Assembly: GCF_006345805.1 (NCBI RefSeq)
Contig: NC_042999.1
Location: 126,790,001-126,854,000 of the forward strand
DNA from: Octopus sinensis
Lineage: Eukaryota
Length of the DNA stretch: 64,000 bases
Direction: 5' to 3'
Notes under the pieces: model-generated
What the model was told of the DNA's origin: nothing
Seen by the model: only the letters and a program-made list of their open reading frames with translations
Database searches by the model: none
Part shown: piece by piece, positions 50,056-61,615 of the stretch
How positions within the stretch are numbered: the first letter of the stretch is position 1
Layout of the letters: every line of letters starts with the position of its first letter
Translations under genes and position numbers: made by a program

Positions 50056-53000
50056 ATAATAATAATAATAATAATAATTGTGTACAGTGCTCAGGTGCAC
50101 TACAACTCATCTAAAGTGTATATATAATCAGGTGAAGTTTCGGCGGATTTCGGAAAGCATGAGGGCCTTAAAAGATGCAGTGTCATGGCAGTCAACAACT
50201 GACGCAGGCAGTTTATTCCATGCTTCAGCAACTCTGAGCGTGAAAAAATGTTTCCAAAAGTCATGGGAGCTGTATTGTTTTCTGACTTTGTAGGCATGTC
50301 CACGTGTGTTAGACACATGGAGATAAAAAGGTGTTCAGTGTTGTTGTTGGTGAGGTGGTTGATAACTTTGTGGGTGTTTACCAAGTCCGTCGCCAAACGC
50401 CGGAGCTTCAGTGAATCCATGCCTAGGGAAACAAGGCGCTCAGAATATGGTAGGTGTCTGATGGAGGGTATGCGTTTGGTTGCACGTCTCTGGACAGATT
50501 CCAGGAGGTCAATGTTCTGTGCAAGATAGGGGTTCCAAACTGATGATGCGAATTCCAAGTGTGGTCGTACCATAGCTGTATACAGTTTTAAATAGATGGC
50601 TGGAGAGCGGCTAACAAAAGACCTGCTGAGTGATGCCAAGACACCCTCGGCCTTCCTGACAATCTTAGAGATATGCTTTGACCAACGCAGATCACTGCTG
50701 ACAGTGATGCCTAGGTCACGCTCGCAAGAGGATTTCTTGATATCAGTGTTGTGGAGGGAGTATGTGAACGCAGGGTTTTTTCTCCCAAAATGCATGGTGG
50801 TACACTTGTCCACAGCCAGTTTCAGTTGCCAGTCTGTGATCCATTGCTGCATTGTGTCTAGGTCTGATTGCAGGAAAGAGTTGTAGACATCAGGATCTGT
50901 CCTCTTGATTTCAAGGTACAGCTTGATGTCGTCTGCATATTTCAATACTGTGGCATTCTTTAAATTGGCATCTATGTCGTTAATGTATGCCACAAACAAG
51001 AGGGGGCCAAGGACAGATCCCTGTGGTACACCCGATGACATCTCATATGGTGTAGAGTGCTGTCCTAGAACTGTGACTACCTCCTTTCGGCTGAGGATGA
51101 AGGATTTCAACCAGTTAAAAAGGTCATCCCCCACACCCATTGCAGGGAGTTTCACCATAAGCCTTTTGTGTGGCACAGAGTTGAAAGCCTTAGCAAAGTC
51201 AAGGTAGACAACATCCACCCATGAGCCACTGTCAGTAATCTGAGTAATGTCCTCAAGGAACTCGACAAGCTGGTCACTGCAGCTGGAGTTAGGGACAAAT
51301 CCATATTGTGAGGGTCGGATGAGACTGTGAGAGCTCCAGAAGTTCCAGAGTGTTCTCTGACACACGATTCCATCAGTTTTGCAATACAGCTAGTGAGACT
51401 GACTGGGCGATAGTTGACAGGTGATGTGCGGTCGCCCTTTTTGAACAGAGGAATGACACTGGCAGTTTTCCACTGCTCTGGAGTAGCACCATTGTTGAGA
51501 CAGTACTGGAAGAAAATAGAAAGCTGGTGTAAAAGGAAGTGCCTGCCACGTTTGAGAAGCAGGTATGTAACTCCATCGAGACCAGGGGAGGCATAGTTGC
51601 GCTTATTTTGAAGGTGACGTCACAGCATTGCAGGTGTAAATTCCATAGTTGTTATGGAGTTTGCTGTTAGTGATGGTGAAGATGGTACATTTTGACTTTC
51701 AACAGTGAATATGTTTGCATAGCACTCGGCAATGAGTTCTGCGCATTCCTTGGGGTCGTCAGTGATCTGGTTTGTGTGAGGGTTGCGAAGAGGGCCCACT
51801 GGAGAGTGAGGTCTCTGCTTTGAGTGCACATATTTCCAGAAAACCTTGCTGTCAGGATTGGCTGCTATGCACTGTTCAAATTCAAGCACTGCTTTTTTTG
51901 TCACTTGCTTGAGATGGTTGGAGGATTTATTCCGCTTCTTCCTGTTGGTGTCTGATTTATGCAACCTGTATTCCCGTTCAGCAGTCCGACGTTCCCTCCT
52001 GGCAAGTCGGACCGCTGAAGTTTCCCAAATTGCCCTTTTGGGGCGGTTCTTCTTTTTTTGTTTACGTGGCACTGATGCTGCACATGCTGCCCATATTGAG
52101 TCCAGGATACTCTGGAGTATAGTATTCACATCTCCAGAGTTGTAGAATTCACGCCAGTTTGGGTGCTGTAGTTCAGTGTGGTACAGGTTCCAATCTGCTC
52201 TCTTCCAATCGAAGGAAGCAGATTGGAGATGGTTCAGGTTTTTGTTGCCCGCAAGAGCCAGATTGGCGATGATCATAGCATGATCAGAGTCACCTAGAGG
52301 TTCCTCCATAGTGCAATTGATAACCGCTTCAGAAGTTGTGGTGAAGAGCAGGTCCAAGGTGTTGTCGCCTCTTGTTGGAGAGGTGACTACTTGTGACCAG
52401 TTTGAGTCCAGCACAAGCTCAACAAAATCGTTTGCACTCTGTGGCCAATGGAAGGTCTCCCAATCGATCTCAGGATGATTGAAATCGCCTGCAATAAACA
52501 CATAAGTGGCTGTTTTCCTGGCAGCAGCTCGGAGGACATTGCAAAGCTGTGTGTCCCGATGGTAACTTGGGGGACGATAAACAACGCCAAGCAGGAGTGT
52601 TGACATGGTCATACGCACGTCACAGAAAAAAACTTCTTCTTGTGATTCGTTCAAATCGGCACAAGGAATTACCAAAAAATTTGAACGAACGTAGACCATC
52701 ACACCACCACCACGGCGGTTAGTGCGGTCCTTACGGAAGAGGTTGTACCCCGTAATGTTGAAAACCCCATCACAGAGTAAGGAATGCGCCCATGTTTCCG
52801 TGACAGTGATGAAGTCAGGGTCAACACTTCTGACGTAGGCGTTGAACAAATGTATTTTGTTGCATAAACTGCGAGCATTTAAGGACAACAATTTGTACCC
52901 TGCTCGCAGTTTATGATGGTGTGTAGAGGATGGCAGGTTGTTCTGGCTTAGTTTCCCTGAGTTGCTGTAGTCTTTTTAGTTATTGTGGGTAGAGAGCACT

Positions 53001-53057
53001 CAGACCAGCTGGTATCTCTCTTCCACGTTTCAGCAGTCTTGACAAATCTCCAGATTT
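50056..53057 (-). mobile_element. CR1-type LINE, 5'-truncated in ORF1, near-complete ORF2, (ATT)n tail
   Basis: APE motifs LNARS, TETW, RKDR..RGGGV, YRPP, GDFN, LDLL, SDH; RT motifs NYRPVSLT, QYGF, YLDFAKAF, GVPQGSVLGPLLF, YADD; 3' hairpin GTGC-ACCTGA-GCAC. Confidence 0.95.
50128..52957 (-). pseudogene. LINE ORF2 (APE-RT), broken by one TGA (51620) and two frameshifts (~51355, ~50325)
   Basis: ORF-track pieces 51620-52891, 50100-51365 and 50128-50316 join into one ORF2. Confidence 0.9.
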
Positions 53058-53295
53058 GGCACCTTGGGCAAGTGTGTTCTACCCTACCCCTGGGCTAACC
53101 AAAGTCTTTTGAGTGGATTTGGTAGATGGAGACTGAAAGAAACATATGGTATGCGTGATAAGGAGTTCACTTCTCAACCACATTGTTGTAGGTTCAGTTC
53201 CACTGTGTAGTACCTTGGGTAAGTGTCTACTGCTATAGTCCTGGGTTGACCACACCTGTGAGTAGATTTGGTAGATGGAAACTGAAAGAATCCTA
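53058..53295 (+). mobile_element. Two SINE family B 5' fragments
   Basis: CCTTGGG(C/T)AAGTGT..GATTTGGTAGATGGA occurs twice. Confidence 0.75.
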
Positions 53296-53307
53296 TTGTG
53301 TGTGTAC

Positions 53308-53341
<34 letters not shown>

Positions 53342-53350
53342 CACACATTA

Positions 53351-53610
53351 TAGTGGGGTAGACCATTTTATGGGGTTACCCTAGGTTTCTCGCTCATAAG
53401 GGGTTTAGCATTACAGTGTATCTGCAGACCCCAAACACTGCTGGCCTGAGACCTCTTTAAAATATGGAGGGAAAAACCTTCATTTTTTAAGGGTAAAATC
53501 CTAGGTTATTATCTCCCTTTGCCATTGTCCATTGATCTTTGGCCACACTACCATCTTTTCCTTACGAGTGAGAAACCCAGGGTAACCTCATAAACCGGCC
53601 TGCCCCACTA
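53351..53610. mobile_element. MITE with ~50-bp TIRs, TA-flanked
   Basis: TAGTGGGGTAGACC..GTTACCCTAGGTTTCTCGCTCATAAGG / CCTTACGAGTGAGAAACCCAGGGTAAC..CCCCACTA. Confidence 0.8.
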
Positions 53611-54126
53611 TAATATTAACTGCTCTACATCTTAGAGTGTGCTTCTCTTCTAGATTTATGTATTTCTACAAATGATATATATATATACATACACGCACCT
53701 TTCTGCTTGATAACCAGTGTTGGTGCATTTACATTCCATAATGTAAAAGTCTGGTAAAAGAAATTGATAGAATAAGTGCCAGACATAAAACAATATATAT
53801 ATATATGTATGTATGTAAATGTATATATATGTGAATGTATGTATGTATTTGTATACATGTATATGTGTGTGTGACTGTGTGTATGTTGTGTACCTTTATG
53901 CTGACAGTGCAGAATTGCTGTAAATGAACTGCATTCCTTTCCAGCATTCTTCAAAATCTGGCCATGAGGAACTATTACTTTGCTTGGAAATAGGTAAGGA
54001 TTGATGACAGGAAAGGTATCCAGCCATAGAAAATCTGCCTCAGTTACTCCATGGAAGCAACCTATGCAAGCAAGATAAGGTGGGCATTAAAACAATGATA
54101 ATGATGATGATATGTGTGTGTGTGTA

Positions 54127-54629
54127 TTGGGTCATCCTATATATAACGTGGTTTTTTAATACTTCTAATCCAAGCTTTTCTGCTAGTTCCTCAACAGTTA
54201 TGATGAGATTCCACCAGGGTCTGCAGGACATCCTCATCGAGCTCTACAGATCTTCCAGGACAAGGCACGTCTTCAAGGCTGTAGTTTTGGGTTTGGATTT
54301 TTCTGGGACCACAGTTGAGACTGGCTCACACTTATTGTCTGATTCCCATATACTGCATTAATATTCCTTGTACTTTCTGTTGCGTTGTTGTTTTTATTGA
54401 ACTCATAAAGCAACATATGCCAAATAGGCTCCTTTGTCACTTCCATTATAGCTTTGAAAAAATAACTATTAAAATCGAACTGCACTTTTCAAAATTTGTA
54501 CTAAGAATAAAGACAAAGTAAAATTACTACCTGCTTTTATAGCAAGTTGATGCAGGTAGTTTATTCTGTCCCCCTCCAACTTTTAGTTCACGCAGTTGAA
54601 AGAACTGCATTACTTATGAGATGACCCAA
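54127..54629 (-). mobile_element. Internally deleted mariner (TA TSD)
   Basis: TIRs TTGGGTCATC / GATGACCCAA; MEVTKEPIWHMLLYEFNKNNNATESTRNINAVYG HTH. Confidence 0.88.
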
Positions 54630-54631
54630 TA

Positions 54632-54706
<75 letters not shown>

Positions 54707-54712
<6 letters not shown>

Positions 54713-54997
54713 CAAAATAAGCAACAAGAATAACTTCGGTAACTTGGTACGATCGTTTCATGCTACATCATTTTATTAATGTTGTAAATATTACAACAGT
54801 TTTAAAATATATCTACCTTCTCTATAATGTTATCAATTGATATGAAAATTATGTATTAATGGAAAACCTCTATTATGGCTGATGATTGCTCAGCATTTCA
54901 AAACTGTTGTAATACTTACAATATTTAATAAAATGATGTAGCGTGAAATGACCATACCAAATTACCGAAGTTATTCTTGTTGCTTATTTTGATTATA
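54707..54997. mobile_element. ~100-bp inverted repeat with hammerhead motifs (PLE pseudo-LTR-like)
   Basis: Arms 54707-54808 and 54895-54997; CTGATGA at 54879, GAAAT-GACC-ATA at 54945; left arm minus strand GAAAC-GATC-GTA. Confidence 0.6.
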
Positions 54998-55116
54998 ATC
55001 ACCCCATGGATTTATATGGATAACACCATACAAAATTCTGGTGCATCTAACTCAAGTAGCATATTCATTTGAATCTAAATTTTGCTGAACCTATATTTAT
55101 ATATATGTATATATAT

Positions 55117-57775
55117 CATCATCATCATCATCATCATCATCGTTTAACATCCGTTTTCCGCGCTAGCACGGGTTGGACGGTTCGACCGGGGTCTGGGGAG
55201 CCAGGGGCTGCCCCAGGCTCCAGTCTGATCTGGCAGTGTTTCTACAGCTGGATGCCCTTCCTAACGCCAACCACTCCGCGAGTGTAGTGGGTGCTTTTTA
55301 TGTGCCACCTGCACAGGTGCCAGAGGGGTCTGGCATCGGCCACGATCGGTTGGTGCTTTTTTTATGTGCCACCGGCACCGAAGCCAGTCAAGGCGGTGCT
55401 GGCATTGGCCATGTTCGGATGGTGCTTTTTATGTGCCACCGGCACAGAAGCCATTCGAGGCAGGCTTGGCATCGGTCACGTTCGGATGGTGCTTTTTATG
55501 TGCCACCGGCACAGAAGCCAGTGGAGGCTGCACTGGCAACGGCCACGTTCGGATGGTGCTTTTTATGTGTCACCGGCACAGGTATCACAACTACTGTTTC
55601 TATTGATATTTGGTTCGATGTTCATGTACATGCACTTGACTCAACAGGTCTCCTCAAGCACAGCGAGATGTTCCGGGATCCCATGATCGGTTGGTGCTTT
55701 TTATGTGCCACTGGCACAGAATCCAGTCGAGGCGGTGCTGGCGTCGGCCACGTTCGGATGGTGCTTTTTATGTGCCACCAGCACAGAAGCCAGTCGGGGC
55801 GGTGCTGGCATCGGCCACGTTCGGATGGTGCTTTTTATGTGCCACTGGCACAGAAGCCATTCGAGGCGGGGTTGGCATCGGTCACGTTCGGATGGTGCTT
55901 TTTATGTGCCACCGGCACAGAAGCCAGTGGAGGCTGCACTGGCGACGGCCATGTTCAGATAGTGCTTTTTATGTGTCACCGGTACAGGTATCACAGCTAC
56001 TGTTTCTATTGATATTTGGTTCGATGTTCATGTATATGCACTTGACTCGACAGGTCTCCTCAAGCACAGCGAGATGTTCCAGGATCCAAGGTACTTTGAA
56101 TGGGCAGGGGGTATGCGGAACTGGTGCCGGAAGCATCCCGGGTCTTAGTAGTCACAGCACATCTCCAGAGATCTCGGTCCTTCGCCATTGCCTCAGTGAG
56201 GCCCAACGCTCTGAGGTCATGCTTGACTACCTCATCCCATGTCTTCCTGGGTCTACCTCTCCCCCTGATTCCTTCAACTGTTCGGGAGTGGCACTGCCGT
56301 GAAGCATGGCAGTTCGCACACATGCATCATACAATCTACCTTTCACTCTGAGTGAGAGACCCTTTGTCGCCAGTAGGGGTAGGAGCTTTCTAAACTTTGC
56401 CCAGGCTATTCGTATTCTAGTGGTGACACTCTCTGAGCATCCACCGCCACTACTAACTTGGTCACCCAGGTAGCAGAAACTATCAACTACTTCTAGTTTC
56501 TTCCCCTGGAGTGTGATGGAATCTGTTTTTTGAGTATCTGTGGTGTCTATTGTCCCTGTGCATCTGCCGCACATGAAAGCTATCTTATCAGTTAATTTCC
56601 CTTTGATGTTGCTGCACCTCTTATGCGTCCATAGCTTACACTGGGTGCATCTTATGGAGTTTCTACCTACACCTTTCCTACAGCTCGAGCAGGGCCACCT
56701 GCCCGATGGGGTGTGTGCTGAGTTTGCCTTTCTGCATACTATAACTTTGGTCTTCGCTACATTTACTCTAAGGCCCTTAGATTCTAACCCTTGTTTCCAC
56801 ACCCGAAATTTCTTTTTTAGTTCCGGTAGTGATTCTGCTATGAGGGCCAGGTCATCAGCATAGAGAAGCTCCCAGGGGCAACCTGTTTTGAATTCCTCTG
56901 TTATTGCCTGGAGGACTATGATGAATAAAAGGGGACTGAGGGCTGAGCCCTGGTGTACACCTACTTCTACCCGGAATTCTTCACTATATTCGTTGCCAAT
57001 CCTAACCTTGCTGACAGCCTCTCTGTATAGAGCCTGTACAGCCCTTATTAGCCATTCGTCATTCAACAGTTTCTGCATCGACCACCAGATAAGGGATCGG
57101 GGAACCCTGTCAAAGGCTTTCTCCAAGTCCACAAAAGCTATGTAGAGGGGTTTATCTTTAGCTAGGTACTTCTCCTGCAGTTGTCGGACCAGGAATATAG
57201 CATCAGTGGTGCTTCTACCTGGCACAAAACCGAACTGCATCTCATCTAAGCAAATTCTCTCCCTAATGAGATGGGTTATGACCCTCTCTGTGGTCTTCAT
57301 CACCTGATCCAACAGTTTAATACCCCTGTAGTTATTTCTATCTAGAGTATCACCCTTACCCTTGTAGCAGTTGACTATGGTGCTGCTACGCCAGTCATTG
57401 GGTATGACTCCATTATGAACTACCTGGTTAACAATACGGGTGACTAGGCCATAGCCTGCATAACCAGCTGTTTTAAGCATCTCAGCAGTGATTCCTGATG
57501 GGCCAGGGGCTTTACCCGGTTTCATATCCTTAATTGCTTTATCTACTAGGGAGCTGTCTATTCGGATAGCTGGTCCCTCTACTGGGTCAACATTTGGCAG
57601 GCTCTCCTCCTCCCATTCATTCTCCACATTCAGCAGTCTTTCATAATGGCTTCTCCAAGCCTCTTTCTTTTCACCAACATTAAAGGCAAGTGCCCCATCA
57701 TCCATGCGGACACATTTCTCTCCTGTAACATCACTATTTTCTCTCACACACTGTCTAGTAATACGAAATACTTCA

Positions 57776-57780
<5 letters not shown>
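55117..57780 (-). mobile_element. RTE LINE, young, 5'-truncated, flanked by (TA)n
   Basis: (GAT)n tail at 55117-55140, 67-bp UTR repeats, long RT ORF. Confidence 0.95.
56227..57780 (-). pseudogene. RTE reverse transcriptase with embedded C4HC3 finger; no endonuclease; 220-bp C-terminal deletion
   Basis: GKAPG, NYRGIKLL, QFGF, FVDLEKAFD, GVHQGSALSPLLF, LYADD (56851-56862), YLG. Confidence 0.93.
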
Positions 57781-57815
<35 letters not shown>

Positions 57816-58289
57816 TCTATTTCTGTACCTATTATATCCATCTATCATTATATATATATTATATCATCAAGTAATATATTACTACTTACAGAATATAACT
57901 GGTTAGAACGTTGCCATCAGTTTTGCATTGAATATTATTACTAGACAAGATTGAGGATCTTCAGACATGATAGCCAGAAGCACATAGCCTCTTTTATACT
58001 GCAGGTATATAGACTCTGAGATTATTCCTAAATAATATTTTTCACTCTTTCATTCCACCTTTTTCTGCCACCATTCTGCCAACATTGAGTCTATGTAACT
58101 CCTGTGTGCTTGGCAATATTTGGTATAAAAGCAGCAGTAGCATTCTAACCAGCTATGCCATAACCGGCACTGTATTTCTTGATGATATACAAAAAATACA
58201 TCTATTCTATTACTTATATTGAGTGTTTTTATTTCTAATTTATGGACAACTAACTGATCACATATATTACATGATCAAGTAACTAACCG

Positions 58290-58540
58290 ACCAGGATATC
58301 AGATGCTGTTAAACATCACTGGTCACAAAGCTGTTTTGCATTGTTTTAGCCTTCAAATGATGCCACCCCGCTAGCTAGGCAAGCAGGCCAACATTTCCCG
58401 CTGGATCAATATGGGGACTGGAGCAACGTGAAATGAAGTGTTTTGCTCAAGAACACAATGCATCACCCAGTCAGGGAATTGAACCCCCAATCTAGTGATT
58501 GTGAGTTTAACAGCCTAACCACTAGGACACATGCCTTCAC
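58290..58540 (-). mobile_element. SINE family C
   Basis: GACTGGAGCAACGTGAAATGAAGTGTTTTGCTCAAGAACAC..CTAACCACTAGG. Confidence 0.75.
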
Positions 58541-58565
58541 TATTACACACACACACATGTATATA

Positions 58566-58972
58566 GGCTGTGTGATAAGTAGCTTGTTTACCAACCACAT
58601 GGTTCCGGGTTCAGTCCCACTGTGTGGAACCTTGGGCAAGTGTCTTCTACTGTAGCCTCGGGCCGACCAAAGCCTTGTGAGTGGATTTGGTAGACGGAAA
58701 CTAGAAGAAGCCCGTCGTATATATGTATATATATATATGCGTGTGTGTGTTTGTGTGTTTGAGTGTCTGTGTTTGTCCCCCTAGCATTGCTTGACAACCG
58801 ATGCTGGTGTGTTTATGTCCCCGTTACTTAGTGGTTCGGCAAAAGAGACCAATAGAATAAGTACTGGGCTTACAAAAATATAAGTCCCGGGTTGAGTTGC
58901 TCGACTAAAGGCGGTGCTCCAGCATGGCCGCAGTCAAATGACTGAAACAAGTAAAAGAGAGTAAAAGAGAGT
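58566..58972 (+). mobile_element. SINE family B, near full length
   Basis: Matches the reverse complement of 49194-49594. Confidence 0.92.
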
Positions 58973-59003
58973 ATCATTTTACCTCTGTTTTCCATACTGG
59001 CTT

Positions 59004-59215
59004 GAAGGCATGTGATCTAGTGGTTAGGATATAGCACTCACGATTTAAGATTATGGTTTCAGTTCCTGAACCAGGTAGTGCATTGTGTTTTTGAATGAAG
59101 CACTTCATTTCATATTGCTCCCATTCATTCATCTATAAATGAGGGAATGTTGTGACCTCACTCACTTATACATCATGGAAACTGAGTAACTGACTCTACG
59201 AGGCCTAGGACTCGA
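59004..59215 (+). mobile_element. SINE family C, decayed
   Basis: GAAGGCATGTGATCTAGTGGTTAGG head. Confidence 0.65.
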
Positions 59216-60122
59216 GACATTTATGTCTAGGGAATGACGATGATGTTTCTATACTACCATGGGTTGGATATGTTATCAAAGTCTGAGTTAGTTTTATCAG
59301 GATTTTCTACCCTTTTAAATGAGTTGGAAGACCACATCTTACTTGTGCATTGGTTTAGTTTCTATGGCTTGATGCCCTTTTCCTCACAAACATAAGTAGA
59401 TATCTAATTTGGGGTAAGAGAACAAATAATTATATAACTTACAGTATTTTATTGCTACTTATTTTATGGACTCTTGGAAGGATGAAAGGCAAAATTGGCC
59501 TCCACAAGAATTAAATAGTCACGGCTGACTTTCAGACAAGAACTTTGTGGGAGAGTACAGTCAAGTTACTTAATCCACAGTATATTACTGATAATATATA
59601 TTTCATTGATCTCTGAAGGGTGAAAGGTAAAGTTAATCTTAGTTGGATTCTAACACAGAATATGTATGGATGAAACTAAATATTCTGTCTATACACAGCC
59701 CTCAGATTACCTTGCATGTAATTTAAATTATTGTTATTTTTTTTTTAATCATAATTTTTAAGCTTCTAAGAACAAGATTAGAACTTCTGAAAACAAACCA
59801 AATACAAAGTTGCTACAGTTGTTTTGGGAGAAGAGAAAAACAACAAAAATCAGAAAAAACCCAAAAAATAATAATCTATCAAAGAAACAAATTTAATTTC
59901 TTCCAGTATTTTCTCAGGTTTCTGGTTGTTTCCATTTCTGTACATCTCCTCAATCCTCTTTTTAAACATCACCAAACAATCTTGGCCAGAGTTCAAGTAG
60001 AAAACGGAGATGTGGTTTATTTATTGTTTATTTACATATTTTGCTAAACAAACATGCAGAGTGTGTGCTCTTGTTCTTGGCTATAAAATGGTGCTGAGGA
60101 AGAGGAGGAGGAGGTAAAAGTT

Positions 60123-60163
<41 letters not shown>

Positions 60164-60589
60164 AAAGAGAGAAAAAAAGGGGAACATTGTTTTGGAAACA
60201 ACCTCTATGTGTGTCCGTTGCTGAAATATTCTGTTGTACATGGAGAAAATATGTCGTGTCATGAGATATTATATAATTTTAGATACTAGGATCATGTAGC
60301 ATGAGATTAGTAGCAATATTAGTAGCAAAATGGTTATAAAACATGTAGAAAAGCAATACAATGCTTGTTCATAAGATAAGATTCATATTAAGGTAAAAAT
60401 GGTTTATTTTAATAACATACTTTTTATGAATATTTGTTTCTTTCCTTTAATTAAAAATTACTGCACAGAAATCGTTGTACTATTTTAATCTGTGTTTGTG
60501 AGAAAGAACAGGTAATCTTTATAGAAAAAAACCCCATTTTTTAAACTTTTCAAATTTGCCTTTTGCTTATTTGTTTCTTTTGGGATATA

Positions 60590-60930
60590 TCAGTCCACTG
60601 TTGGATATACATCCCTATTTATGTCTCTTCTCTTCCTGTCCATCATCATCCTAGTCCAAACCAGTTTTGCACCTTCTGGCATTACCTTCATGTATTCTTC
60701 AGTGTCATCTCACTATCTCCTTTCAGTCTTCTTCTAAGTCCCTATCATGGAATCCATTCAGTGGTTCTTTTCATCCATCTATTGCCTTCTGTTCTTGCAA
60801 AATGATATGCCTACCTTCATTTGGTTCTTGCTATTTCTTCAAGTATATCTCTAATACCTGTCATGTTTATCTCCATACATTTCTTTCAACACAATATTCA
60901 GTGTTCTCTTCTGGGTATGACTTCATCTTA
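60590..60930 (-). mobile_element. Old RTE-type LINE 3' fragment of a different family
   Basis: Minus strand ARTEGNRWMKRTTEWIP; terminal ATCCAACAGTGGACTG. Confidence 0.55.
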
Positions 60931-61217
60931 GTGTCAGGGTCTAGAGTTGGAAAACCCTAGAGAAGAATGGAGTTATCTCTTAAGAAAATGCTACTCCTAG
61001 GTCTGTTCTACCCTGGAACAATAGCACATGCTAGGGTTGCAGAGTAAATTGCATTACTAAATTGCCTTGGCCCAACATAGGTGCCCAGATTTCGTGGCAT
61101 TGATTCAGTGGTATACCATACAGAAGATCATGTAGCAACTGTCACAAATATTTGATGTCAACTGCTGAAAGTTCTACAACAATATCATAACCCTTTTACA
61201 TACATAATCTACCATAA

Positions 61218-61600
61218 GGTCCAGTTCTTGTGATGTAATGGTATATGTGTCTCAATAACCCCGAGAACTATGCCAGTAGAGGTAGGGTCTCCCATGCTGG
61301 ACAAGTCAAAGGATAGAGGTCAGACTAATAATGACCATAAGAGGTAAAAATTGGTTTATGCAGGACCAACATCTCTAGCTGAGAAAAAGCAAAGTTACAG
61401 ATGCAACGATGACAGTTTAAGCTAACAAGACTTGGAAAAGTAAAAACTTTCCCCAGGGAAACATATGATGCATTTCAGCAAAATCCAAATGGAAAACCAT
61501 GGATCCAACTGGAAAGAAGTAGAAAAGACAAACCCGAATCGAGAACAGTGTAGAAAAGTCACTGATGGTCTCTATTTCACAGGAAGAGCCTAAGTAAGTA
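61218..61600 (+). mobile_element. Short bipartite RTE derivative (5' UTR-like head joined to ORF end and (TAAG)n)
   Basis: GGTAGGGTCTCCCATGCTGGACAAGTC head; GSNWKEVEKT..NREQCRKVTDGLY..stop; TAAGTAAGTA. Confidence 0.5.
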
Positions 61601-61615
61601 AAATCTTAAATATTT

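Noticed and set aside
55286-55985. CRISPR-like regularly spaced repeats
   Set aside because: Intervening segments are homologous to each other rather than unique spacers; eukaryotic LINE UTR with no cas genes
55173-56012. 279-aa ORF and its 271-aa counterpart at 31529-32344
   Set aside because: Antisense to the RTE 3' UTR, non-AUG start, and open because the GC-rich 67-bp repeat has no stops on that strand
57752-57947. 12-bp inverted repeat TGTCTAGTAATA with adjacent GAAA
   Set aside because: The left copy is RTE coding sequence (EVFRITRQC); the match is probably chance
59850-60020. Short minus-strand open frame MFKKRIEEMYRNGNNQKPEKILEEIK
   Set aside because: No convincing splice sites or recognisable homology; too short to support
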